DNA from: an uncultured Hyphomicrobiales bacterium
Lineage (GTDB): Bacteria > Bacteroidota > Ignavibacteria > Kapaibacteriales > UBA7675
DNA length: 64,000 bases
Direction: 5' to 3'
Assembly: GCA_964445695.1 (NCBI GenBank)
Contig: CAYULF010000023.1
Location: 20,732-84,731 of the forward strand
Shown here: positions 20,033-29,134 of the stretch, in pieces
Position numbering within the stretch: position 1 is the first letter of the stretch
How the letters are laid out: every line of letters begins with the position of its first letter
The notes under the pieces: generated by a model
What the model was told of the DNA's origin: nothing
Databases searched by the model: none
What the model saw: only the letters and a program-made list of their open reading frames with translations
Made by a program: the position numbers and the translations under genes

Positions 20033-20041
20033 TCCTCGTCC

Positions 20042-21610
20042 TCATGCTTCGTTAAGCAGTTCTTCACGCTGCCTGTTTTGCCAGACTTCCTGACGTTCCT
20101 CGCGCCAGACATCGATAAATCTGCGCCCCTCTATTTTGCTGGTCAGCCAGGCGTCGAACGCAAAGTACTCCAGTGCTCCCGATTCAAGAGGATCGCTACT
20201 TAAACAGCGCAGTGTCTTGCGCAAATCGATGAACAGCTCACGCAAAACTTCAGGATTGTAAACGAGCGGCAGTTGGCGAATGAAATGCAAGAGTGCCGAC
20301 TCGATCCGATACATCCGTTGGCGGCGATGCAAAAATCGAAAAGTCGAACGCAGATGGTGTTCCAGTACGTCGGTGTCACCCAATTCATAGTGTATCAGGA
20401 GGTTAATAATACGAGCATAAACAGCAACGTCACCGACTTGATCCAACTGAGGGTGATGTACCATTTTACCGGACCAGTCCAACGCTGTTCGATAATCTTC
20501 GAGAAAAATTGCTCCATACACTAGGCCGTATAACATGCCAATTGTTGACGAGAGTTCAAGGGTGTCGCCGTTTTCCTCGAGCCACCTGGCGGCGGAAGTT
20601 ATTGCCTGCGACAGCTCATGTGAATTCGCCCGATGAATTGCGCCCCACAAGGTCGTATAAGTCTCGATTTCGTCAATGGTAGTCCGTTTGTCGGGATAGC
20701 GGCTTTTAAACGACAACAATTGATTGCGATAACGTTCGAATTCCTGCCAACGCCCGGACTTGACACACTCCATCAGGTAGTGTCCGTACGAGAATATACT
20801 GCGGTGTTTGTTGTTGTCGGCAAATGTGGGGTGTTGCTCCAGCACTTCAACTTTGGCTCGCGAATGATAATAAGTCCTGGCGGCGTTGGAGCGCAGACGG
20901 TAATAGCGCAGATGCAGATCGTGCCATTCCAGTTGCGAATGAGGTGACTTGTTGTACTGCGAGCGCTGCAGGACTTGACTGTTCATCAGGGCATCCGCTT
21001 CCTGCGCAATGTTTGCATCACGAATGCGCCCGGCTTTCATTTCCAGCACGTACATCTTGCCGGCCAGGCGCTCCAGCTCGGCGCCTTCTCTTAAACGATC
21101 AATCGCGCCGAACAGCGCTTTGTAACTCTCGTCGACTGTTTCCGGCGTCAGAGTCGGCGTGCCGGTATGCATTTGAAGGTTTATTTCAATGGCTTCGATC
21201 TGAATCAAAGCCTCGAAACTTTCGGCTCGCCGCGCCAGCCCGCGCGCCTTATCCAGAATGGTGCGCGCCTGTGTATACAGACCGCGGGAAAAGAGCGTAA
21301 CGGCGTGGGCGATCATCGTCCGCAGTTTGCCGGCCGTTGTCTCGCTCCAATATTTTTTTGACATCTGGTCCAGAATCAGGTTGTACAGATAGCGCTTGGA
21401 CCCAGGCAAATCGTGGATGTCATTTTCGTGTGCACAACGCTGCAAAGCCTCCTCGTCATGATCGCTCTGTGCGGCGATTTCATCGAATAGAATACCGTAT
21501 TTACTTGGTCGGGCTCCTCCCGAAGCTGCCGCGGCACGTGAAATCGCCCGTTTTTCGGAGGGGGACAGCTTTGAAATCAATTCAAAAAGATCGCGCGAAT
21601 TTCTTCTCAT
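20042..21610 (-). CDS. Conserved hypothetical TPR-like helical protein, probable regulator
   Basis: DLFELISKLSPSEKR..Y..LFD..K.YLYNLIL N-terminus and RIINLLIHYELG..YF.F.AWL.SK C-terminus, recalled as a Bacteroidota family found beside secreted-protein genes; divergent from the S8 gene. Confidence 0.7.
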   Translation of the reverse strand: MRRNSRDLFELISKLSPSEKRAISRAAAASGGARPSKYGILFDEIAAQSDHDEEALQRCAHENDIHDLPGSKRYLYNLILDQMSKKYWSETTAGKLRTMIAHAVTLFSRGLYTQARTILDKARGLARRAESFEALIQIEAIEINLQMHTGTPTLTPETVDESYKALFGAIDRLREGAELERLAGKMYVLEMKAGRIRDANIAQEADALMNSQVLQRSQYNKSPHSQLEWHDLHLRYYRLRSNAARTYYHSRAKVEVLEQHPTFADNNKHRSIFSYGHYLMECVKSGRWQEFERYRNQLLSFKSRYPDKRTTIDEIETYTTLWGAIHRANSHELSQAITSAARWLEENGDTLELSSTIGMLYGLVYGAIFLEDYRTALDWSGKMVHHPQLDQVGDVAVYARIINLLIHYELGDTDVLEHHLRSTFRFLHRRQRMYRIESALLHFIRQLPLVYNPEVLRELFIDLRKTLRCLSSDPLESGALEYFAFDAWLTSKIEGRRFIDVWREERQEVWQNRQREELLNEA

Positions 21611-21910
21611 CGTTTCAAGTCACGTCGTAACGAAAACTTCGAATTTGGCGGAAAATAGCCTAATATCCCAGTATCAAGCCAGTATTCAATTTCCATTCGA
21701 GCAAAATATTGGTTTCACATTACTTCTGCGGGTTGACAATATTGGGTCAGCAAACGGCCGCGTTAACGTACCGGATATCACTTTACTCAAGCTCATGACT
21801 GTCCCGGGTCTAAACTGCCTGGACTAAGGACAGTACTACGGCGCCTGCATTCCATCCTTACAGATCACGCCCGTCCATTCCCGGATGCGACCGGCGCAAG
21901 GGAGGGGTAT

Positions 21911-21987
21911 GTTCCAATGTTCCAATCAGTCAATTGGAGAACACTGACGTTTGGTTGGAGAACACATTAACAAACACTGATTGGAAC
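21911..21987. promoter_or_regulatory. Nested inverted and direct repeat cluster upstream of the S8 protease
   Basis: GTTCCAATCAGT (21919) / ACTGATTGGAAC (21976) inverted pair enclosing TTGGAGAACAC at 21934 and 21955. Confidence 0.55.
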
Positions 21988-22042
21988 TTAACTCGGACTA
22001 TTCGGCGCCATTAATCACGTACAATCCACAGGACAATTTCGT

Positions 22043-25000
22043 ATGAAGTTTTCACGAATTCTATTGGTGATCGCATGGCTGATGCTGGCGGGTGCGACAG
22101 GTCCAGCTCTGTTTTCTCAACAACAGCAACAACGACAACCGGAAATCATACCTGGGATTCAACGCCCGATAGACACGGCCCAGGTCGGGTTGTGGATACG
22201 GTCGAACACCGATATGGACGCCCTGCGGCAATTTGCCGAGGAATCCGATGCCAATTTCCAATCATGGCACCCGGATGCCGTGGCACAGGCGGAAGCCAAC
22301 AATATTCCCCTGGTCATCCGTGGCGAAAACGGTAAAAGCGGCACATTCTACGGATTTTCAGCCTCGGGGCTGCCGCGTTATCGCGGTACCCACAATACCA
22401 ATGCAGCAACAACCACCTCTACGGATGCGGTTCAGGTTGGCGGCATTTCTGGTTACGACCTGATTGCGCCGGGACTCCTGGCGGGCGTCTGGGACGACGG
22501 CGCCGTGTACTGGAATCATCCGCAATTCGGCTGGTACAACGGGCGCAATCGCGTGATACAACGCGATTCGCCGGCGGGCACAATGGATCACGCTACCCAT
22601 GTTGCCGGAACAATTGGCCAGGTTGGTTTGCAGGGCCAGCGCGGAATGGCCACGGTGTGTTATATCGACGCCTATGACTGGATCAACGACATCAGTGAAA
22701 TGGCCTCGGCTTTCTTTAATCCGATGCTGGTAGCCAACCATTCCTGGGACAACATGGGCGGTTGGGATTTTAACTTTCTTAACGACGGCCGCTGGGTCTG
22801 GTTCGGCGACTGGACTATCAGCACGACGACGGATTTTAACTTCGGTTTCTACGACTCTTATAGCCAGCAATTGGATCAGACCGCTCGCCTGGCGCCGTTT
22901 TCACTCATCGTGCGTTCGGCCGGCAATGATCGCGACGACACCGGCCCCACGCCCGGAACGCAGCACTGGATTGTTTCCGGCGGAGGTTTTATTCTTTCTA
23001 CGGCTACGCGCAACGCTGACGGAGCGCCCAACGGATATGACTGCCTGATGAACGGCGCGGTGGCAAAAAATGTCCTGACTGTCGGTGCCGTGCTCGACAT
23101 GCCGCTTAAACCATCCTGCAGCGATCCGACGGATCCGAGCTGTGTGATTGCGCCTTCGTCGATTGTCATTACACAATTCAGTTCGTGGGGACCAACCGAC
23201 GACGGCCGTATTAAACCCGACATCGTCGGCAACGGGCAGGAAGTCTACTCGGCAATCTACTTTCAACCGGGCACAAGCAACCCCTGTTTTGAATGTTACG
23301 GCAATTACAACGGCACCTCGCAGGCGGCTCCGAATGTTTCCGGCTCGCTGCTCTTGCTGCAGGAAATGTATCAGAACCAGAATGGCGGCCAGACCATGCG
23401 CGCACAGACGCTCAAGGCGCTGGCGATTCATTCCGCCGATGACGCCGGCACGGCTGCGGGTCCGGACTACCAATACGGCTATGGCCTGATGAATACTCAT
23501 CGCGCCGCCCGTATTATCGCCGACGATGGGCAGCGTCACAACATCGTTGAATCGAGCTTGAACAATGGGACTGTTAACACCTTCCAGGTGCAGGTGGACG
23601 GCACGCGACCGTTAAAAGCGACGATTGCCTGGGCCGACCCAGCCGGCACACCCGTCTCGAACCAGTTGAATCCGACCACGCTGATGCTTGTTAACGACCT
23701 GGACCTGCGTTTAACAAACAACGGGACGGGAGTTGTTTATCAACCCTGGATACTGAATCCAGCTTCGCCCGCCGCTGCCGCGACGACAGGCGATAACAAT
23801 CGGGACAACGTCGAGCAGGTGCTCGTAGCCAATCCGCCTGCCGGAACATACACTGTCAGCGTAAGCCACAAGGGCGGCTTGCAGGGCTCGACGCAGGCTT
23901 ATTCGCTGATCGTGAGCGGCATCTCCAACTACGCCAACCTGCCGTATTCAACGGGTTTTGAAAGCGGCATAGATCAATATTGGCAAACGCAGAGTTCATC
24001 CGCTTTTGGCCGCATTGTGGCCGAGGCCGCCAATGGACCGCGCAGCGGCCTGCAACACTTAACAATGTCTTCCACGCTGAACGGGCAGGCCGTGCAGAAC
24101 GATGCGGACCTGTGTCTGAATCTCAATGGTCAGACTGATGTAGATCTCACGTTTTGGTGGAAGTCTCTGGGTGATGAAGTGCATGCGGCGGATGGTGTCT
24201 GGTTCTCAAACAACGGCGGTGCCACGTTTACACAAGTGTTCACGCTCTCGGGCAATCCCGGTATCTGGCAGCCGATAACACTTGACGTCGATCAATTGGC
24301 ATCACAGTTTGCCATGGCTCTGACGAACACCTTTGTCATTCGCTTTAGTCAATTCGACGACGAAGTGATCGGCATGGATGGATTTGCCTTCGACGACATT
24401 TCCGTTACTGCCGGTAAGAGTTATGCACCGGTGCCATACAGCACGGGCTTTGAAACCGGCGTGCTCGATGCGTTTTGGCGTACCTATTGTGTTAACTCCC
24501 ATGGTATTGCACAGGTCGAACCAATAAACGGCCCCAGCAGTGGAGCGTTTCACTTGACGATGCAGAACAACCCGAGTGGAACGCCAAGTGTATGTGCAGC
24601 GCAACTGTATCTTAACCTCGCGGGGCTGACCGATGTTGATCTGACTTTTGACTGGAAGTCGATTAACAATATTCCATTTCCGACCGACGCCGTTTATCTT
24701 TCAGCCGACGGCGGAAATACATTTGTTAACGTTTATTCGCTTTCGGGCAATAATGGCGCTTGGCAAACGATTACCCTCGATCTGGACCAGCTTGCAACGA
24801 CTTACGCCGTACCGTTTTCGCCTTTGTACGTTGTCCGGTTTGAACAAAGCACGACAATGCCGCTCCCGGTCTCCGGCGCTGCTTTTGACAACATATCGGT
24901 TACCACGGGTAAGTCCTACGCCTCCATCCCGTACAACACCGGATTTGAGACCGGGCTGGATCAGTATTGGCGTATCTATTCGACCGACGGCTATGCCAGG

Positions 25001-26224
25001 TGGGACGTTGACGCCACCTATGGACCGCACGGAGGCTCTCAGCAGCTACTGGTGCACGCCAGCCCGACTACACCGGGCACGAGCAACATCGACGCGGACT
25101 TGTTCCTGAATCTCGCCGGTCAAACGAATGTCGACTTAACATTCTGGTGGAAGGAGTTTCCCGACACCGACGACCCGAACGATGTCATTCTTTTTTCGTC
25201 CGACGGCGGTCTGACGTTTACGCCTGTCTGGGCGTTACACTCGAACACGACCTATTGGCAGCGATTCACGCTTGATGTCGATCAACTTGCGGCGGCGAAT
25301 TCCGTCGCTTTGACCGGAACCTTTGTGGTGCGGTTTCGCCACGGCGGTAGTGGGCCCGCGCCGATCGACGGTTTTCTGTTTGATGACATCTCCGTCAGCC
25401 CCGGCGTAAGTGTTGCTACTCCGCCGTACTCGACGAGTTTTGAGTACGGGATCGAACCGGAGTGGCAATGGTACACCGGTGTTTCACAGAGTTATCTGCA
25501 GACCACCAGCGCCTACGTACCTTCCACCGGAGCGTCACATTTGGTGCTCGGCGGAACGGACAATGTGCAGGTTAACAACGATGCTTTTCTGTATGTCGAT
25601 TTTAGCGGCGTTACCATTTCCTCGCTGTCCTTCGACTGGAAGAGTTTGCAGGACGATGCCGATCCAAATGACGGCGTCTTTTTCTCCGACGACGGCGGCG
25701 TCAACTTTGTCAAGGTCTACAGTTTAACGACCGCTACGACGAGTTGGCTGAGCGTTACGCTCGACGTGATTCAACTGGCTTCAAACAACGGATTGGCATT
25801 GTCGCCGACTTTTGTCATCGACTTCCGTCAGACCGATGACGAAGCCCTGCCCAACGATGGCATTGCCATCGACAATCTGAATTTAACGGGGCCGGGATCT
25901 CAACCATTGGTTGTCGGCGTACCTTCCCGTTCGTCAGACCCGGCTGTGCTCTCGGCGCGTGTCTATCCAAATCCAAGTTCTGAACGCAGCAGGATAGATA
26001 TCACGTTAAAACAGGCCCGGAATCTCGCTGTGGACGTCCTTGATGTAACGGGCCGCATTGTCCGTGGACTGTACAGCGGTCCGGCTGAAGGGAACACCTT
26101 CAACCTGGAATGGAAACGGCTCAACGCCAATGGACAATCCGTTGCCGCCGGCGTGTACTACATTCGCATCGTGACGGATAGCGGAACAACAACGCTTCCT
26201 TTGGTTGTGACCGACAATAAGTAA
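22043..26224 (+). CDS. Subtilisin-like S8 serine peptidase with four tandem beta-sandwich repeats and T9SS C-terminal domain
   Basis: Triad VWDDG / HATHVAGT / NGTSQAAP; SAGND; FSSWGPTDDGRIKPD; NDLDL..DNVEQV domain; PY.T.FE repeats; VYPNP..GVYYIR. Confidence 0.92.
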   Translation: MKFSRILLVIAWLMLAGATGPALFSQQQQQRQPEIIPGIQRPIDTAQVGLWIRSNTDMDALRQFAEESDANFQSWHPDAVAQAEANNIPLVIRGENGKSGTFYGFSASGLPRYRGTHNTNAATTTSTDAVQVGGISGYDLIAPGLLAGVWDDGAVYWNHPQFGWYNGRNRVIQRDSPAGTMDHATHVAGTIGQVGLQGQRGMATVCYIDAYDWINDISEMASAFFNPMLVANHSWDNMGGWDFNFLNDGRWVWFGDWTISTTTDFNFGFYDSYSQQLDQTARLAPFSLIVRSAGNDRDDTGPTPGTQHWIVSGGGFILSTATRNADGAPNGYDCLMNGAVAKNVLTVGAVLDMPLKPSCSDPTDPSCVIAPSSIVITQFSSWGPTDDGRIKPDIVGNGQEVYSAIYFQPGTSNPCFECYGNYNGTSQAAPNVSGSLLLLQEMYQNQNGGQTMRAQTLKALAIHSADDAGTAAGPDYQYGYGLMNTHRAARIIADDGQRHNIVESSLNNGTVNTFQVQVDGTRPLKATIAWADPAGTPVSNQLNPTTLMLVNDLDLRLTNNGTGVVYQPWILNPASPAAAATTGDNNRDNVEQVLVANPPAGTYTVSVSHKGGLQGSTQAYSLIVSGISNYANLPYSTGFESGIDQYWQTQSSSAFGRIVAEAANGPRSGLQHLTMSSTLNGQAVQNDADLCLNLNGQTDVDLTFWWKSLGDEVHAADGVWFSNNGGATFTQVFTLSGNPGIWQPITLDVDQLASQFAMALTNTFVIRFSQFDDEVIGMDGFAFDDISVTAGKSYAPVPYSTGFETGVLDAFWRTYCVNSHGIAQVEPINGPSSGAFHLTMQNNPSGTPSVCAAQLYLNLAGLTDVDLTFDWKSINNIPFPTDAVYLSADGGNTFVNVYSLSGNNGAWQTITLDLDQLATTYAVPFSPLYVVRFEQSTTMPLPVSGAAFDNISVTTGKSYASIPYNTGFETGLDQYWRIYSTDGYARWDVDATYGPHGGSQQLLVHASPTTPGTSNIDADLFLNLAGQTNVDLTFWWKEFPDTDDPNDVILFSSDGGLTFTPVWALHSNTTYWQRFTLDVDQLAAANSVALTGTFVVRFRHGGSGPAPIDGFLFDDISVSPGVSVATPPYSTSFEYGIEPEWQWYTGVSQSYLQTTSAYVPSTGASHLVLGGTDNVQVNNDAFLYVDFSGVTISSLSFDWKSLQDDADPNDGVFFSDDGGVNFVKVYSLTTATTSWLSVTLDVIQLASNNGLALSPTFVIDFRQTDDEALPNDGIAIDNLNLTGPGSQPLVVGVPSRSSDPAVLSARVYPNPSSERSRIDITLKQARNLAVDVLDVTGRIVRGLYSGPAEGNTFNLEWKRLNANGQSVAAGVYYIRIVTDSGTTTLPLVVTDNK

Positions 26225-26251
26225 ACTCTGTTCAAACCTCGGTTTACCATC

Positions 26252-26290
26252 CAACAGCAGCCTGTTTGCCAGACGGGCTGCTGTTGTGTT
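26252..26290 (+). terminator. Intrinsic terminator after S8 gene
   Basis: CAACAGCAGCCTGT..ACGGGCTGCTGTTG followed by TGTTT. Confidence 0.7.
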
Positions 26291-26496
26291 TCAGAGAAGA
26301 ATTAGTTGCTCGTTAAACCGGATGCACTGTTTAACAAAACGGTGTACAATCAAAGCTGCCCGCCGAACATTAAATCCACATTTTCGAGTGTGGTCGTCTG
26401 CATCAAACATCGCCGCAGGCCTGATTATCGATTTGAGTCGGTTCCATCAAAACATCGAAGCGAATACTCTTTTCCGCCTGTGTTCATCTAAAGCAG

Positions 26497-26526
26497 AAAA
26501 AAGGCTGCCTCAAATTGAGGCAGCCT
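26497..26526 (-). terminator. Intrinsic terminator after 26582-28651
   Basis: AGGCTGCCTCAA-a-TTGAGGCAGCCT preceded by an A-run on the + strand. Confidence 0.8.
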
Positions 26527-26581
26527 CGTTTGTCCATCTGTTTTACAGTTATCGTTGCTTTGTCAGTTGTGGTCTAAGCAG

Positions 26582-28651
26582 TTATTGCTTCACCAGCGTG
26601 AGAATGAGATGATCAAGCAATTCGCCACGACGTACCGCCACTGAATAGACTCCGGGAGCCAATCCGCTGAGGTCAAAAGTCTGGTTGGAATCGACATTTC
26701 CGTAAGTACGGACCGTATGTCCGGTCAGATCGGTAATTGCGATTTCATCAAACGATTGAGTTGTCCGGCCAATTGTTTCGAGCACAAATTGATTGTTGGT
26801 CGGATTTGGGATTATCTTAAGGCTTGCGGCCTGTTCCCGGGTACCGGCGGCAACATTGGAACGTTGCAGAGAGTTCGAATTTGTGAAAACTGCTCCCTCA
26901 AAGACATCGATGTACGGTTGTTCCTGCCAGTTCATCGGGGGAGGAGGGACCATGCCTTCATCACAGATTACCCGGATGCGAACTTCACAGCACGATGCGG
27001 GATCCGTGGGTCTGACGGTATAGACAAATCCGGAAGGCAGTACAATTCCAAACCCGCTCAACAAATTGAAGGTCTGACCCGTTGGCACCAGATTCATGTC
27101 TGTCTGAACAATCTGGAATTCTGTGTATGCTCCATTGCACCAGACAGGATTGTTGTTTTGCAGCAATGTATTCAGCGAGTTGAAATCGATCGACCAGTCG
27201 CAGTCGGGCTGAGTGAGGATTATGTCCATTTCCACGTATTCGCGAACGACGTTAACGTGCACCGTAATGATGCACTTTTTGCAGTTCAGCGGGTCTTCGT
27301 GAATTCGGCGGTAAGTGGCAGACTGAGTGATATTGCTTAACAACGTATTTGCCACAACTTCATCCGGACCTGTAACAACTTTTTTCCACTGTCCCCAGGG
27401 GAATTCCGGATCAACATTGCATGCTGGACATGATTCATACTGTGTTAAGTCAAGACTCGAACCACAATCCACCGTTACCGTTTGTTCACACTCAGTTTCC
27501 AATGCCTGCTGGATGACCACAGTAATTCCGAGTGTGCGTATCAGACAGCCATCTTCGTCAAAGAACTTGAAAACGTGGTAACCCGGTCCCAGTACAACCT
27601 GGCATCCCGAATCGCGCGAGTCATGCTGCGTCAGGATCGGGTTGCCGCTTCCATCGTCAATTTCGATATCCGCCAGGAAAAAATCGAAGTCAAAGTAGAC
27701 CAGGCAGGGGTCGTAGAGCAAGGTTGATGGATCGCCATTGTTGAAGTCGCAAATAGTTTGAAGTTCTTCAATCCATTCCGGTTCCGGTATGTCGATGTCA
27801 ACACAGCTCTCGCCGCAGCAAATATCAGTTCCACATGGGTAAGTTGTGCCGAAGTACTTTGCGCAAATCGTATGATGACCGGGAGTAAGAGTAAGCTGAA
27901 TGGTCTCGAGATCGGTTGAATCCTCAATGATCTCTCCGTCCAACGTCCAAATAATGGAGTTTTTGTTTACCTGGTTGTCACGCAGAGTAAAACTGAAGTT
28001 TTCACAATCGTGCCGAAGAATATCAATGCTGTCGAGACAACAGTCCGTGTCCGGCGTTTGATTGAGTTGGCCGATGAAGTAATGCGGTGTCCAAAGGCCG
28101 GTTCTCTCCACGGCTTCAACAGAAATCATGTTTTGACCGCAAACAAGCAGACGTTTTGGAATCTCAAGATTCAGGAAACCATTGTGGGTGTCCAGGGTGT
28201 CCAGTTTTACTCCGTTGAGCCATACTTTGTGCTCGTTGTCCGCAGCCGTAAGCAGACGATATGCAATGCAGTCATCGCCGTCATCTACCGAAAAAATCAA
28301 GCGATAAAACGTTGTCTGCTGATTGGGAATACCCCAAACGTAGTGTGTGATTGGGGTGAAAGGGGCAACCCATATGTTGTCGTTGACATTAAACACGTTG
28401 TTTAAGCCCGGGTTATTCCCTGTCGCCTGACCTTGGTTGGGCGTTCCGACATTCGGCACGCCCCAGCCCGCCGTTGTCGTTAAATCACTGCGCCAGTCGT
28501 TTGGATCCAGAGAGTTGCCGGTAATATTCGGTGTATTGCCGGGGCCAATCCACGCTTCCCAGGGACCTCCATTAATATCAGTGGTTTGAGCCTGGAGAGA
28601 GTAGGACACTATGCCTGCCAGGAAAACAAGCAAGGTAATGTTCTTGATCAT
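26582..28651 (-). CDS. Cys-rich secreted protein with jelly-roll/lectin-like N-terminal domain and T9SS C-terminal domain
   Basis: Signal peptide; FYRLIF..AADNEHKVWLNG..GQNMISVEA; many Cys pairs; IIPNPT..ITDLTG..DLSGLAPGVY. Confidence 0.8.
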   Translation of the reverse strand: MIKNITLLVFLAGIVSYSLQAQTTDINGGPWEAWIGPGNTPNITGNSLDPNDWRSDLTTTAGWGVPNVGTPNQGQATGNNPGLNNVFNVNDNIWVAPFTPITHYVWGIPNQQTTFYRLIFSVDDGDDCIAYRLLTAADNEHKVWLNGVKLDTLDTHNGFLNLEIPKRLLVCGQNMISVEAVERTGLWTPHYFIGQLNQTPDTDCCLDSIDILRHDCENFSFTLRDNQVNKNSIIWTLDGEIIEDSTDLETIQLTLTPGHHTICAKYFGTTYPCGTDICCGESCVDIDIPEPEWIEELQTICDFNNGDPSTLLYDPCLVYFDFDFFLADIEIDDGSGNPILTQHDSRDSGCQVVLGPGYHVFKFFDEDGCLIRTLGITVVIQQALETECEQTVTVDCGSSLDLTQYESCPACNVDPEFPWGQWKKVVTGPDEVVANTLLSNITQSATYRRIHEDPLNCKKCIITVHVNVVREYVEMDIILTQPDCDWSIDFNSLNTLLQNNNPVWCNGAYTEFQIVQTDMNLVPTGQTFNLLSGFGIVLPSGFVYTVRPTDPASCCEVRIRVICDEGMVPPPPMNWQEQPYIDVFEGAVFTNSNSLQRSNVAAGTREQAASLKIIPNPTNNQFVLETIGRTTQSFDEIAITDLTGHTVRTYGNVDSNQTFDLSGLAPGVYSVAVRRGELLDHLILTLVKQ

Positions 28652-28940
28652 TGTAATGAACCTCTTGGTAAGTATTGATCGTTTGCGTCTGCAAAAGGGA
28701 AGGAAATTTGATCCTTGTCTATTTGAGATGCCAAATAGACGGTGTTGGAAAGTGTGACTACACAGTGATCCCTCTGATTGCCGCAGTAATTGGTTGACCT
28801 CTCAGGCAATCAGTTCGGTCTTGTTGTTAATTTCTGCGCAGCCATCTTACAGTGTTAACTGCAAGAGTTTTGGACTTGCATGCGGCCGACATGGTACGTG
28901 AATAAAAATACCGCTTCGGCAACGCAGGGGCAAGCATTAT

Positions 28941-28961
28941 AAGTGAGTATAAAGTGAGTAG
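28941..28961. promoter_or_regulatory. Tandem AAGTGAGTA direct repeat, 11-bp period
   Basis: AAGTGAGTATAAAGTGAGTAG between the LuxR gene and the T9SS cargo gene. Confidence 0.5.
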
Positions 28962-29134
28962 GAGTAAACACGATCAATCGCTGGCCGCAGGTTCAACGCC
29001 ATTCAACAGTCGCAAGTTCACATGGATTTCAGTTTTGATTCTTACCACGCGGAGTGAAGTACGGAGCCATTGTTCCTCCTCTGTAACGGTCGCGTGAATC
29101 CAAACGTGCATTCGGAGCAACGTTCTGCAACCGG

